DNA of 64,000 nt, from NCBI GenBank assembly GCA_023420415.1, contig JAEZWF010000017.1, positions 39,501 to 103,500 of the forward strand. The letters are read 5' to 3'. A program made the translations under genes and the position numbers. This document shows positions 23,786 to 33,710 of the stretch, piece by piece. Below the pieces are notes generated by a model, which was not told the DNA's origin, ran no database searches, and saw only the letters and a program-made list of their open reading frames with translations. Position 1 is the first letter of the stretch. Each line of letters starts with the position of its first letter. Origin of the DNA: Actinomycetes bacterium (GTDB lineage Bacteria > Actinomycetota > Actinomycetes > Actinomycetales > Dermatophilaceae).

Positions 23786-23864
23786 CACTTTCGGCCACTC
23801 GCCCGAAACCTCGGCTCATCACCGCCAGTCCAGACGAACTTTCGGCCACTGGGGCGAAAGTTCG
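23786..23864. repeat. Two ACTTTCGGCCACT-n-CGAAA hairpin repeats (period 51) right of the DUF559-like gene
   Basis: ACTTTCGGCCACTCGCCCGAAACC at 23787 and CGAACTTTCGGCCACTGGGGCGAAAGTTCG at 23835-23864. Confidence 0.85.
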
Positions 23865-23900
23865 GCCGCCCTCGGGCGCGCGACGTGCGGGACCGGAACG

Positions 23901-23936
23901 CCCGTCCGAGCGACAGGGAACCGGTCCGTCGCCGCG
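23901..23936 (+). repeat. 36-bp direct repeat, copy 1 (upstream of rtcB)
   Basis: CCCGTCCGAGCGACAGGGAACCGGTCCGTCGCCGCG; the copy at 25435-25470 differs at one base. Confidence 0.85.
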
Positions 23937-24035
23937 AAAAGCGTTGGCAGACGGCATACCTCGGCTGTCACCCTCGTCTGCGGCCCGGAGAGTCCGCGGC
24001 CACCGACGCACACACGTCCACGAAGGAGGTGCGTC

Positions 24036-25208
24036 ATGCATCAGATCAACACCAAGCTCATCAACTGGGCCTCCGTCCTCGAGGACAAGACCCGAGAGCA
24101 GGCCCTGCGCACGGCCACCATGCCCTTCGTGTTCCCCCACCTCGCGCTCATGCCCGACGCCCACCTCGGGCTCGGGGCCACGGTCGGCTCGGTGATCCCG
24201 ACCGAGCGCGCGGTGATGCCGGCGGCGGTCGGTGTCGACATCGGCTGCGGCATGATCGCGGTCCGCACGCAGTTCACGCGCGACGACCTCGACGGCAAGT
24301 CGCTCACGCCCCTGCGGGAGTCGATCGAGCGCGCCATTCCCCTGTCGGCCGGCGCCGCAAACCGCAAGATCGTCGCGACGGCCCAGCCGCGCATCGACGA
24401 GCTCGACGCGATGGCAACCAAGGCCGGGTTCGACCCCGACCAGCGGGCCGGGCGGTGGCGTGAGCAGCTCGGGACGTTGGGCAGCGGCAACCACTTCATC
24501 GAGCTGAGCCTCGACGAGCAGGACCGCGTGTGGGCGTTCCTCCACTCCGGCTCGCGGGGCGTGGGCAACAAGATCGCGCAGCACCACATCGCGATCGCCC
24601 GGACCCTGATGGACCGGTACTGGATCCAGCTGCCCGACCGCGACCTCGCCTACCTCGTCGAGGGCACGGACGAGTTCTGGGCCTACATCCGCGAGCTGCG
24701 GTGGGCCCAGCACTACGCCCTGCTCAACCGCGAGGAGATGATGGACCGGGTGCTGCGCCAGCTCGGCGAGTTCCTCGGGACCGACGTCCAGGAGCACGAG
24801 CGGGTCAACTGCCACCACAACTTCACCCAGCAGGAGGACCACTGGGGCAAGAAGGGACTGTGGGTGAGCCGCAAGGGCGCCATCGAGGCGCGGGAGGGCC
24901 AGGCCGGGCTCATCCCGGGCTCGATGGGCACCCGCTCGTACGTCGTCGAGGGCCTCGGCAACAAGGTCGCGCTCAACTCGGCACCGCACGGCGCCGGCCG
25001 CCAGTTCAGCCGGAGCGCGGCCCGGAAGCGGTTCACGCACGACGAGCTGCGGGCGGCGATGGCGGGCATCGAGTTCCGGGACACGGACGCGTTCCTCGAC
25101 GAGATCCCCGCTGCCTACAAGGACATCGACCAGGTCATGGCCGATGCTGCCGACCTGGTCACCGTCCGGCACACGCTGCGGCAGGTGGTCAACGTCAAGG
25201 GCGAGTGA
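24036..25208 (+). CDS. rtcB: RtcB family RNA ligase
   Basis: MPDAHLG.GATVGSV, AVGVDIGCGM, LGTLGSGNHF, LHSGSRG, HHNF, RKGAI, IPGSMG, HGAGR, DEIP.AYKDI..VM, VKG. Confidence 0.96.
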   Translation: MHQINTKLINWASVLEDKTREQALRTATMPFVFPHLALMPDAHLGLGATVGSVIPTERAVMPAAVGVDIGCGMIAVRTQFTRDDLDGKSLTPLRESIERAIPLSAGAANRKIVATAQPRIDELDAMATKAGFDPDQRAGRWREQLGTLGSGNHFIELSLDEQDRVWAFLHSGSRGVGNKIAQHHIAIARTLMDRYWIQLPDRDLAYLVEGTDEFWAYIRELRWAQHYALLNREEMMDRVLRQLGEFLGTDVQEHERVNCHHNFTQQEDHWGKKGLWVSRKGAIEAREGQAGLIPGSMGTRSYVVEGLGNKVALNSAPHGAGRQFSRSAARKRFTHDELRAAMAGIEFRDTDAFLDEIPAAYKDIDQVMADAADLVTVRHTLRQVVNVKGE

Positions 25209-25324
25209 CGCCTCGGTGCGTCGCCCATGGTGGCGGGTTCGCGGCACAACGACGTCTTGGTATGCCGCGAGCTCGCCCGAGACGCGCCCGTCGCCGGCAG
25301 TCGTGGCGAGGTGCGCGCCGCTGA

Positions 25325-25403
25325 CTGGGTCACTGCTCCGCTGAGCGGAGCAGTGACCCAGCAGCTACGCGCGAGTCCTACCCAGCAGCTACGCGCGAGT
25401 CCT
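25325..25403. repeat. Perfect 18-bp inverted repeat overlapping a 24-bp tandem duplication
   Basis: CTGGGTCACTGCTCCGCT-G-AGCGGAGCAGTGACCCAG (25325-25361); ACCCAGCAGCTACGCGCGAGTCCT x2 (25356-25403). Confidence 0.85.
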
Positions 25404-25434
25404 GCAGTCATGGGGCTTCGCCGCTGCGAGAGCC

Positions 25435-25470
25435 CCCGTCCGAGCGACAGGGAACCGGCCCGTCGCCGCG
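25435..25470 (+). repeat. 36-bp direct repeat, copy 2 (downstream of rtcB)
   Basis: CCCGTCCGAGCGACAGGGAACCGGCCCGTCGCCGCG. Confidence 0.85.
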
Positions 25471-25536
25471 CACGTCTGGGCTGTGCCCGGTAGACAATGT
25501 CCCGACGGGGCGCGCCCGCGCCCGAGGAGGTGGCCC

Positions 25537-26133
25537 GTGATCGCCGCACTGACCGGCATGGGGTTGTCCGCAGCCGCGGGCCTCAACGCCTACATCCCGT
25601 TCCTCATCGTCGCGCTGCTGTCGAAATTCACCGACGTCATCACGCTGCCGCAGTCGTATGCGTGGATCGAGTCGTGGTGGGCCATCGGCGTCGGCGCGGT
25701 GCTGCTGCTCGCGGAGGTGCTGCTCGACAAGATCCCCGCGGTCGACTCGGTCAACGACGCGGTGCAGACGTTCATCCGGCCGAGCATGGGCGGGCTGATC
25801 TTCGCCGCGACGTCCGCCGCCGAGAACATCGACAAGTCGACCTGGATGAGCGACCACCCGTGGGTGGGCATCGTCCTCGGCGTCGTCGTGTCCGGGCTCG
25901 TCCACACCGGCAAGACCGCCGCGCGCCCGGCCATCAACGCGGGCACGCTCGGGTTCGGGGCACCGGTCGCGTCCACCGTCGAGGACGGCACGTCAGTGGG
26001 GCTGAGCCTCGTCGCCGTCTTCCTGCCGGTGCTGGTGATCGTGGTGCTGGTCGCGCTGGCCTGGCTGCTCGTGTGGCTGTGGCTCAAGGTGCGCCGCTGG
26101 CGCCGACGCCGCGGCCGCCCCGCCCTCGCCTGA
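25537..26133 (+). CDS. DUF4126-like membrane protein
   Basis: GLSAAAGLNAY, E..LDKIP.VDSVND, STVED; GAGGAGG RBS. Confidence 0.85.
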   Translation: MIAALTGMGLSAAAGLNAYIPFLIVALLSKFTDVITLPQSYAWIESWWAIGVGAVLLLAEVLLDKIPAVDSVNDAVQTFIRPSMGGLIFAATSAAENIDKSTWMSDHPWVGIVLGVVVSGLVHTGKTAARPAINAGTLGFGAPVASTVEDGTSVGLSLVAVFLPVLVIVVLVALAWLLVWLWLKVRRWRRRRGRPALA

Positions 26134-26139
26134 ACGCCG

Positions 26140-27810
26140 TCACAGGACCTCGACCCGCACCTGGCCATCGGCCAGGTGCCAACGATGGGTCATCGCGAGG
26201 TCCTCGACCAGCCGCAGGTCGTGGCTGACGAGGACGACCGTCCCCGTGAACGCCGCGACCGCCGCCTCGAGCTGCTCGATCGCGGCGATGTCGAGGTGGT
26301 TGGTGGGCTCGTCCAGCACGAGCGTGTTGACCCCGCGCCCCTGGAACACCGCCATCAGCGCCCGGGTCCGCTCCCCCAGCGACAACGACCGCGCGGGCCG
26401 CGCGACGTGCTCGGCGCCCAGCCCGAACTTGGCCAGCAGGGTGCGCACGTCCGCGAGCTTCCACTCCTGCCCGGTCGCCGGATCGGCGCCCAGCGCCCTG
26501 CGCACCACGTCCGCCACGGCGTCGTCGCTGTCGAGCAGTGCCCGCCGCTGGTCCAGGACGCCGAGCCGCACCCGAGTCCCGAGCGACTGCCGTCCGGACG
26601 TCAGGGGCAACGACCCGAACAGCGCCGCCAGCAACGTCGTCTTGCCGCTGCCGTTGTCGCCCGTCACAGCCACCCGGTCACCACGGGCGAGCACGAGATC
26701 GACTGGACCCACACGGAATTCGCCCCGGTCGACGACACCGCCGGACAGCGTCGCGACGACATCCGCCGATGGCGCCCCCTCCGCCAGGGCATACCGCAGC
26801 TCCCACTCCTTGCGTGGCTGCTCGACGGCTTCGAGGCGGTCGGCAGCGCGGGAGATCCGGGCCGCCTTGGCCGACTGGCGGTCCGCCCGCGCCCGGTGCT
26901 TCTCGCGAATGAACTTGTCCGCCTCGCTGCGCGTACCCGCCAGCCGGTGTGCCGACTCCCGTCCGCGCTCAGCCCAGTCCCGGCGCTGTCGGGCCTGCGC
27001 GACCAACCCGTCGCGCGCCGCGGCATACGCCTCGAACTCCTCGCGCGCGTGCCGCCGGTCCAGGTCACGCTGCGCGCGGTAGTCGCTCCACCCGCCCGTG
27101 TAGTGCGCCACCCGCTGCTGGTGCAGGTCGAGCTCGACCACGTCGGTGGCGACGGCGTCGAGGAACGCCCGGTCGTGGCTCGCGACGAGCACCGGCCCGC
27201 CGTGGCCGACCACGAACTCGGTGACCAGATTCGCCCCACGCCGGTCGAGGTCGTTGGTCGGTTCGTCGAGCAGCAGCACGTCGTACCGGCTCAGCAGCAC
27301 CGCCACGAGCGACGCCCGCGCCGCCTGCCCGCCTGACAGCGACCCCAGCGGCCGCCCCGGGTCGGCATCGAGACCGACCCGGGCAGCCACCTCCGGCACC
27401 CGCTCCTCAAGGTCCGCCGCCCCGAGCGCGAGCCACCGCTCGAGCGCCACGGCATACCGGTCGTCGGCGCCCGGCGCCCCCGACGACATGGCCTCGGTCG
27501 CTGCCTCGAGCTCGGCGTCGGCGCCAGCCACACCGGTGCGGCGCCGGGCATAGGTGAGCAGCGACTCGGCGGCGTCGGGCAGCACCTGCGGCAGCCAGCC
27601 GACGGTGGCGTCGCGCGGCGCAAGACGGACCGTGCCGTGCTCGACCGGCAGCTCACCGACGATGGTGCGCAGCAGCGTGGACTTGCCGGACCCGTTGGGC
27701 CCGACGACGGCGGTGACGTCACCATCGGCGACGACGAGGTCGAGACCGCTGAACAGCGGCCGGGCACCGAACGTCACGTCGAGATCGGTGAGGGTGAGGG
27801 TGGTGGGCAT
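26140..27810 (-). CDS. ABC-F family ATP-binding protein
   Basis: GPNGSGKST, LSGGQ, LLLDEPTN, GDNGSGKTT, LSLGE, VLDEPTNHLD; no transmembrane segments. Confidence 0.92.
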   Translation of the reverse strand: MPTTLTLTDLDVTFGARPLFSGLDLVVADGDVTAVVGPNGSGKSTLLRTIVGELPVEHGTVRLAPRDATVGWLPQVLPDAAESLLTYARRRTGVAGADAELEAATEAMSSGAPGADDRYAVALERWLALGAADLEERVPEVAARVGLDADPGRPLGSLSGGQAARASLVAVLLSRYDVLLLDEPTNDLDRRGANLVTEFVVGHGGPVLVASHDRAFLDAVATDVVELDLHQQRVAHYTGGWSDYRAQRDLDRRHAREEFEAYAAARDGLVAQARQRRDWAERGRESAHRLAGTRSEADKFIREKHRARADRQSAKAARISRAADRLEAVEQPRKEWELRYALAEGAPSADVVATLSGGVVDRGEFRVGPVDLVLARGDRVAVTGDNGSGKTTLLAALFGSLPLTSGRQSLGTRVRLGVLDQRRALLDSDDAVADVVRRALGADPATGQEWKLADVRTLLAKFGLGAEHVARPARSLSLGERTRALMAVFQGRGVNTLVLDEPTNHLDIAAIEQLEAAVAAFTGTVVLVSHDLRLVEDLAMTHRWHLADGQVRVEVL

Positions 27811-27953
27811 CAGGTTCCTGGGGACGAGGGCGTCCCTCCGCGGCGCGGGGCGACGGAGGCGGGCACGGGTCGGCTCAGGAGATGTCCACGACGCAGACGG
27901 TATGCCGGGTCGGCGCCCAGGTCGAGCGGATTTCCTCGGGTTACCCTCACCGC

Positions 27954-28772
27954 GTGAGCGTTGACCCACCCGCCGAACGGGCCGCAGGCGCCGAGGCAGC
28001 GTGGCGCCCGCCCACGCGACGCGACCTGTTCACCGAGTCGGCCCTCGTCCTCGGCGTCGGCCTGGGTGCATCGGCGGTCTGGTCCGTGCTGTCCCTCGTC
28101 AACAAGCTGACCCAGAACGTCGCGCTCAACCAGCAGACCACCGCGATGAACAGCTCGGTCACCCCCGACCGTCCGTGGCTCGACCTCGCCTACCAGCTCG
28201 TCGGTATCGCCGTGGCCGTCGTCCCCGCCGTCCTCGCCCTCTACCTGCTCGGTCGCGACAACGGCCAGGGCATGCGAAAAGCCGCTCGCAGCATGGGATT
28301 CGACTTCCGCCGGCCCGGCCAGGACCTGTGGCGCGGCACCCTGCTCACCGCCGCCATCGGCATACCCGGCCTCGGCCTCTACCTCGCCGCCAAGGCCCTC
28401 GGCTTCAACACCACCGTCGCCGCCGCCAACCTGACCGAGAACTGGTGGACCGTGCCCGTGCTCGTCCTCGCCGCCGTGCAGAACTCGGTGCTCGAGGAGG
28501 TCGTCATGATCGGCTACCTCTACAACCGGTGGCTGCGTGCCGGCTGGTCACTGCCGGTCGTGATGGTCGTGTCGGCACTGATCCGCGGCAGCTACCACCT
28601 CTACCAGGGGTTCGGCGGGTTCGTCGGCAACGTCGTCATGGGGCTGGTCTTCGGCTGGCTCTACACGAAGACCAGGCGAGTCGGCCCGCTCGTCGTCGCA
28701 CACACGCTGCTCGACGTCGTCGCCTTCGTCGGCTACGCGCTGCTGCGCGACCACCTCTCCTGGCTCACCTGA
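27954..28772 (+). CDS. CPBP (CAAX protease-like) intramembrane metalloprotease
   Basis: LEEVVMIGYL, RGSYHLYQG, VVAHTLLD motifs. Confidence 0.88.
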   Translation: MSVDPPAERAAGAEAAWRPPTRRDLFTESALVLGVGLGASAVWSVLSLVNKLTQNVALNQQTTAMNSSVTPDRPWLDLAYQLVGIAVAVVPAVLALYLLGRDNGQGMRKAARSMGFDFRRPGQDLWRGTLLTAAIGIPGLGLYLAAKALGFNTTVAAANLTENWWTVPVLVLAAVQNSVLEEVVMIGYLYNRWLRAGWSLPVVMVVSALIRGSYHLYQGFGGFVGNVVMGLVFGWLYTKTRRVGPLVVAHTLLDVVAFVGYALLRDHLSWLT

Positions 28773-28777
28773 AACCC

Positions 28778-29596
28778 CTAGCGGACGGCGGCGTCGTAGA
28801 GCGCCTTCTTGGACAGGCCCGTGGTCGCCGCGACATCGGCGCACACGTCCTTGAGCCGCTCACCTGCGGCAACACGCTCCCGTATGCCGGGTAGCGCCTC
28901 CTGCACGGTCGTCACCGTGGTCGCGGGCGCACCGCTGACGACGACGGTGATCTCGCCCTTGACGCCGTCGGCGGCCCAGGCGGCCAGCTCCGCAAGGCCG
29001 CCGCGCTTGACCTCCTCGTAGGTCTTGGTCAGCTCGCGGCAGACCGCGGCCTGCCGGTCGGCGCCGAACGCTTCCGCCATCGCGGACAGCGACGCCGCGA
29101 TCCGGTGCGGGGCCTCGAAGAGGACCATGGTGCGGCGCTCGTCGGCGAGCGCCGCGAGGGCTCGCGCCTTCTCACCGGGCTTGCGCGGCAGGAAACCCTC
29201 GAAGCAGAACCGGTCGACCGGCATACCCGACACCGCCAGGGCCATCAGCACGGCACTGGGCCCGGGCACGCAGGTGACACGCACGTCGGCGGCGACGGCC
29301 GCGGACACGAGGCGGTACCCCGGGTCGGACACCGACGGCATACCCGCATCGGTCACGACGACGACCCGGTCGCCCGCGCGGAGCCGCTCGACCAGCTCGG
29401 GCGTGCGCGCCGACTCGTTGTGCTCGTGGTAGCTCACCACCGACCCCGCGGGTGTCACGCCGAGCTCGGCGCACAGCCTCCGCAACCGGCGCGTGTCCTC
29501 GGCGGCGACCACGTCGGCGGTCGCCAGCTCCTCGGCCAGGCGGGGTGCGGCGTCGCGCGGGTCACCGATCGGGGTAGCGGCAAGGACGAGGGTCAC
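28778..29596 (-). CDS. rsmI: 16S rRNA (cytidine-1402-2'-O)-methyltransferase
   Basis: LAATPIGD, AAEDTR, DAGMPSVSDPG, F.FEGFLP, RELTKTYEE. Confidence 0.96.
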   Translation of the reverse strand: MTLVLAATPIGDPRDAAPRLAEELATADVVAAEDTRRLRRLCAELGVTPAGSVVSYHEHNESARTPELVERLRAGDRVVVVTDAGMPSVSDPGYRLVSAAVAADVRVTCVPGPSAVLMALAVSGMPVDRFCFEGFLPRKPGEKARALAALADERRTMVLFEAPHRIAASLSAMAEAFGADRQAAVCRELTKTYEEVKRGGLAELAAWAADGVKGEITVVVSGAPATTVTTVQEALPGIRERVAAGERLKDVCADVAATTGLSKKALYDAAVR

Positions 29597-29635
29597 TGGC
29601 TCATCCTCGCAGCCCCGCAGATTAAGGTGCTCGGC

Positions 29636-31192
29636 ATGACCCGGGTGGACGAGCTGCGCGCCCGCCTGCTCGGGTTCCGGCCGACCGACACGCTGTGGGG
29701 GTGGCTCGGACCGCTCTTCTTCGCGGCCGTCGGCGGGGTGCTGCGGTTCTGGTCGCTCGACCGGCCGCACCAGCTGGTCTTCGACGAGACCTACTACGTC
29801 AAGCAGGGCGTCTCGATGCTGGAGTACGGCGTCGAGATGCGCGTGCCCGACACCATCAAGAAGCCCGACGAGCTGTTCACGCGCGGCACCCCGGACGTCT
29901 TCGGCACCGAGGGCGACCTCGTGGTCCACCCGCCGGTCGGCAAGTGGATCATCGCGGCCGGCGAGCAGCTCTTCGGGCAGACGTCGTCGTGGGGCTGGCG
30001 GTTCTCGGTGGCGGTGCTGGGAACCCTGTCGATCCTCATGATCGGGCGAGCCGCGCGACGGTTGTTCGGGTCGAGCCTGCTCGGGACGATCGCGGCGTTC
30101 CTCGTCGCGTTCGAGGGACACCACTTCGTGCAGTCACGCACCGGGCTGCTCGACCTCATCGTCATGTTCTGGGCGCTGGCGGCGTTCTGCGCGTTGCTGA
30201 TCGACCGCGACCGGTCCCGCGAGGTCCTCGCCGAGAAGGTCGCAGGCATGTCGGTGCGCCAGCTCGCGACCGGCATGGGTCCGTGGCTCGGGTGGCGGCC
30301 GTGGCGGTGGGTCGCCGGCATCTGCCTCGGGCTGGCTGCGGGCACCAAGTGGTCGGGCCTGTTCTTCCTGGTGGCGTTCGGGCTGATGACGGTGTGGTGG
30401 GACCTGGGGGCACGGCGGGCCGTGGGCCTGCGGCACTGGTTCTGGGGCACGATCACCAGGGATGGCCTGTGGGCGGCGCTCGTGATGTGCGGACTCACCG
30501 CCATCACCTACGTCACGTCCTGGGTCGGGTGGTTCCGGTCCGACGGCGGCTACGACCGGCAGTGGGCCGAGCTCAACCCCGGCAAGGGCGTGCAGTGGCT
30601 GCCGCCGGCGTTCCGGTCCCTGTGGCAGTACCACACCGAGATCTACGCCTTCCACCGCAACCTGCACGACGACCACCCCTACCGGACCAACCCGTGGTCG
30701 TGGGTCATCCAGGGCCGCCCGACGTCGTTCTTCTACGAAGGACCCAAACGCGGCGAGGACGGCTGCACGGTCGCGCAGTGCAGCAAGGCGATCACCTCCC
30801 TCGGCACCGTCTCGATCTGGTGGCTGGGCGCGATCGCGATCCTCGTCTGCCTCTACTACTGGCTGTTCCGCCGCGACTGGCGCGCCGGCGCGGTCATCGC
30901 CGGGCTGGTCGGTGGCTACCTGCCGTGGTTCCCGCTCGCCGAGCGCACCATCTACTCCTTCTACACGGTGGCGTTCGAGCCGTGGGTGATCTTCGCGGTG
31001 GTGTTCGTGCTCGGCCTGGTCCTCGGCAAACGCACCGACTCGTGGCGTCGCCGAGAGCTCGGCCTGTATGCCGTGGGCGCGTTCTGCCTGCTCACGCTCG
31101 CCTTGTTCGCGTTCTTCTGGCCGATCTACACCGCGCAGGTGATCCCGCAGAGCCAGTGGTCGATGCGGATGTGGTTCCCCAGCTGGGTCTGA
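29636..31192 (+). CDS. pmt: Protein O-mannosyltransferase (dolichyl-phosphate-mannose type)
   Basis: FDETYY, VHPPVGKW, GWRFS, SRTGLLD, TKWSG, HPY...PWSW; divergent from rsmI as in other actinobacteria. Confidence 0.92.
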   Translation: MTRVDELRARLLGFRPTDTLWGWLGPLFFAAVGGVLRFWSLDRPHQLVFDETYYVKQGVSMLEYGVEMRVPDTIKKPDELFTRGTPDVFGTEGDLVVHPPVGKWIIAAGEQLFGQTSSWGWRFSVAVLGTLSILMIGRAARRLFGSSLLGTIAAFLVAFEGHHFVQSRTGLLDLIVMFWALAAFCALLIDRDRSREVLAEKVAGMSVRQLATGMGPWLGWRPWRWVAGICLGLAAGTKWSGLFFLVAFGLMTVWWDLGARRAVGLRHWFWGTITRDGLWAALVMCGLTAITYVTSWVGWFRSDGGYDRQWAELNPGKGVQWLPPAFRSLWQYHTEIYAFHRNLHDDHPYRTNPWSWVIQGRPTSFFYEGPKRGEDGCTVAQCSKAITSLGTVSIWWLGAIAILVCLYYWLFRRDWRAGAVIAGLVGGYLPWFPLAERTIYSFYTVAFEPWVIFAVVFVLGLVLGKRTDSWRRRELGLYAVGAFCLLTLALFAFFWPIYTAQVIPQSQWSMRMWFPSWV

Positions 31193-31348
31193 CCGCCCGG
31201 CCGCGCCCAGGACCCCGGAACTTTCGGCCACTGGGCCGAGTGTGCCGCCCGCCCGCGGCCAGGACGCCGCAACTTTCGGCCACTGGGCCGAGTGTGCCGC
31301 CCGCCCGCGGCCAGGACCCCGCAACTTTCGGCCACTCGCCCGAAAACT
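31193..31348. repeat. Three tandem 52-bp units containing AACTTTCGGCCACT-n-CCGA
   Basis: CCAGGAC..G.AACTTTCGGCCACT begins at 31207, 31259 and 31311; same core as the DUF559-flanking repeats. Confidence 0.9.
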
Positions 31349-31428
31349 CGCCACCGTGCCACGCACCGGGCGCCCACAACCCAGCAAGGGTCCGGCCGAT
31401 CCGGAGGGTCCCCTAGCATGGACCGATC

Positions 31429-32364
31429 ATGGGTGAGTCCGACGCTGCAGGGGCCGGCGGGCGCAGGCTTCGCGCCGTCCGCCGCCAGCGTCGTCGTCGC
31501 ATCATCCGGCGCCGCCGGGTCGCTGCCGGACTGCTGCTCGTAGCCCTCATCGGCGTGGTCGCCGCCACCCTCAGCTGGGTGACGGGCAGTGACGCCGTCA
31601 ACCTCGGCCGGGTCGGCGCTGCCGCCAAGCCCACCGATGCCAAGGCCACCGACCCCAAGCCCACCGACCCCAAGGCCGCACCGGGCGACCCCGACAGCGC
31701 CACGCAGGCCGGGTCGGCCGTGCCCGGTGCCGGCTCTCCCGGCGGGCCCGCAACCCCGAGCGGGACGGCCTCACCCACCACGGCACCCGGCGCCCTGCCG
31801 CTCAGTCCGGCGATGGCCGCCAAGGTGCCGGCCACGTCCCGCCAGGTCGTCCTCGTCGAGGGCGCCGGCCCCAACAGCAACCGCGCCACCGTGCGCCTCC
31901 TGCAGCGGGAGGCGGGCTGGACCGAGAAGGGCTCGTGGCCGGCATACGTCGGCAAGTCGGGGTGGTCCGCCAACCACCGCGAAGGCGACCTGCGCACGCC
32001 GATCGGGGTCTTCACCCTCAGCGACGCCGGTGGGCGCCTCGCCAACCCGGGCACCTCTCTGCCCTACCACCGCTCCACCGCCTTCCAGGCGCCCGCACCG
32101 AGCCCGGGCTTCGGCGACTCCTCGGCCGACGCCTTCGACTACGTCGTCGCGATCGACTACAACCGCGTGCCCGGGAAGTCGCCGCTGGACTGGACCCGTC
32201 CCAAGGGGCAGGGCGCCGGCGGCGGCATCTGGCTGCACATCGACCGGGGCGGCCCGACGCACGGCTGTGTCGCGGTGCCCAAGAAGGCCATGCGCCTGCT
32301 TCTCACCGAGCTCGACCCCAAGCAGGACCCGGTCGTCGTGATGGGTCCCGCGCAGTCACTGTGA
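31429..32364 (+). CDS. L,D-transpeptidase-like (YkuD family) protein
   Basis: REGD.RTP.GVF, GGGIWLH...PTHGCV; N-terminal transmembrane segment. Confidence 0.82.
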   Translation: MGESDAAGAGGRRLRAVRRQRRRRIIRRRRVAAGLLLVALIGVVAATLSWVTGSDAVNLGRVGAAAKPTDAKATDPKPTDPKAAPGDPDSATQAGSAVPGAGSPGGPATPSGTASPTTAPGALPLSPAMAAKVPATSRQVVLVEGAGPNSNRATVRLLQREAGWTEKGSWPAYVGKSGWSANHREGDLRTPIGVFTLSDAGGRLANPGTSLPYHRSTAFQAPAPSPGFGDSSADAFDYVVAIDYNRVPGKSPLDWTRPKGQGAGGGIWLHIDRGGPTHGCVAVPKKAMRLLLTELDPKQDPVVVMGPAQSL

Positions 32365-33489
32365 CCGGTCGCGCCACCGGGCCGCCGCCTCGGCGAGGCT
32401 GACCTCTCGCGGGGTCGTGGCCGTGGTCGGAGGCTTGCTGCGGGAGAACCGTGGTGCCGCAGCTGCCTGCGGTATGCCGCCGGGTGCGGCCACGACGCCC
32501 CGCGCACCCAGGTGCGCGTCGGCCTCGGCCTCGTCCCACGTGAGGACCGGTGTCACGCAGGCGTCGGTCCCGGCATACACCTGGTCCCACTCGTCGCGGG
32601 TGCGACTGGCGAAGGCGGCCGCAAGCCGCTCCCGCAGCCGCGGCCACTGGTCGCGGTCCCACTGCCCGGGCACGTCGGCGGGCTCGAGACCGAGCCCGGC
32701 GAGCATGGCGGCGAAGAACTGTGGTTCGAGCGCGGCGACCGCGACGTAACGGCCGTCGGCGCACTCGTAGGTGTCGTAGAACGGGACCGAACCGTCGAGC
32801 GGGTTGGTGCCGCGCCCGGTCTGCCACAGTCCCGCGGCCCGCATCGACCACTGCATCTGGGCCAGGGCACTGACACCATCCACGATCGCCGCGTCGACCA
32901 CCTGCCCCCGGCCCGAGTGCTGGCGCTCCCACAACGCGGCCAGCACACCCACGACGAGGAACATCGACCCGCCGCCGAAGTCGCCGACGAGGTTGAGCGG
33001 CGGCACCGGTGGCTCGCCCGCGCGACCGATGTTGTCGAGCACGCCGGTGAGCCCGAGGTAGTTGAGGTCGTGGCCGGCGGTGTGCGCCCGCGGACCGTCC
33101 TGGCCCCAGCCGGTCATGCGTGCGTAGACGAGGCGCGGGTTGAGCTCGAGGCACTCCTGCGGTCCGAGGCCGAGCCGCTCGGCCACACCCGGCCGGAAGC
33201 CCTCGACGAGCACGTCCGCGCCGGCCAGGAGGTCACGCACGCCGGCGACGTCGTCCGGTGACTTGAGGTTGGCGTGCACGACCCGGCGTCCGCGCAGCAG
33301 CACGTCGGGTGAGTCGCCGGCGCCGGGCACGAGGTCTGCGGTCGCACCACGTCGCTCGACCCGCACGACGTCGGCGCCCAGGTCCGCGAGCACCATGCAC
33401 GCGTGCGGGGCGGGACCGATTCCGGCCAGCTCGACCACCCGCACGTCCGCGAGCGGCCCGGTCAGGGGGTCCGGTGGTGGGGTGCTCAC
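32356..33489 (-). CDS. CaiB/BaiF CoA-transferase, alpha-methylacyl-CoA racemase-like
   Basis: [40 protein letters not shown]. Confidence 0.92.
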   Translation of the reverse strand: MSTPPPDPLTGPLADVRVVELAGIGPAPHACMVLADLGADVVRVERRGATADLVPGAGDSPDVLLRGRRVVHANLKSPDDVAGVRDLLAGADVLVEGFRPGVAERLGLGPQECLELNPRLVYARMTGWGQDGPRAHTAGHDLNYLGLTGVLDNIGRAGEPPVPPLNLVGDFGGGSMFLVVGVLAALWERQHSGRGQVVDAAIVDGVSALAQMQWSMRAAGLWQTGRGTNPLDGSVPFYDTYECADGRYVAVAALEPQFFAAMLAGLGLEPADVPGQWDRDQWPRLRERLAAAFASRTRDEWDQVYAGTDACVTPVLTWDEAEADAHLGARGVVAAPGGIPQAAAAPRFSRSKPPTTATTPREVSLAEAAARWRDRSQ

Positions 33490-33710
33490 GCACCAGAGGT
33501 TAGAGGTATGCCGCGTGGCCGGCCGACGACCACGGTCGCCGTGGGCGGTGTGCTGGCGTGGTCAGCCGGGGCGCCTTCGTCTCGACCGTGGTCGTCCGCC
33601 GACGGCGCCCGTCGCCGCGCGGGGTGAGCCCGCGGCATACCTCCTGACCTGCGAAAACAGTCGCACCCAGAGGCCGCGTGAGGCGCCCACTGCACGTAGG
33701 GTGGTCAACC

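Noticed and set aside
22674..23864. Possible insertion sequence
   Set aside because: No DDE, HUH or recombinase motifs were recognised, the flanking repeats are direct rather than terminal inverted, and no target-site duplication was seen.
31193..31348. Possible CRISPR array
   Set aside because: The sequences between the repeat cores are themselves near-identical (tandem units), there are only three units, and no cas genes are in the window.
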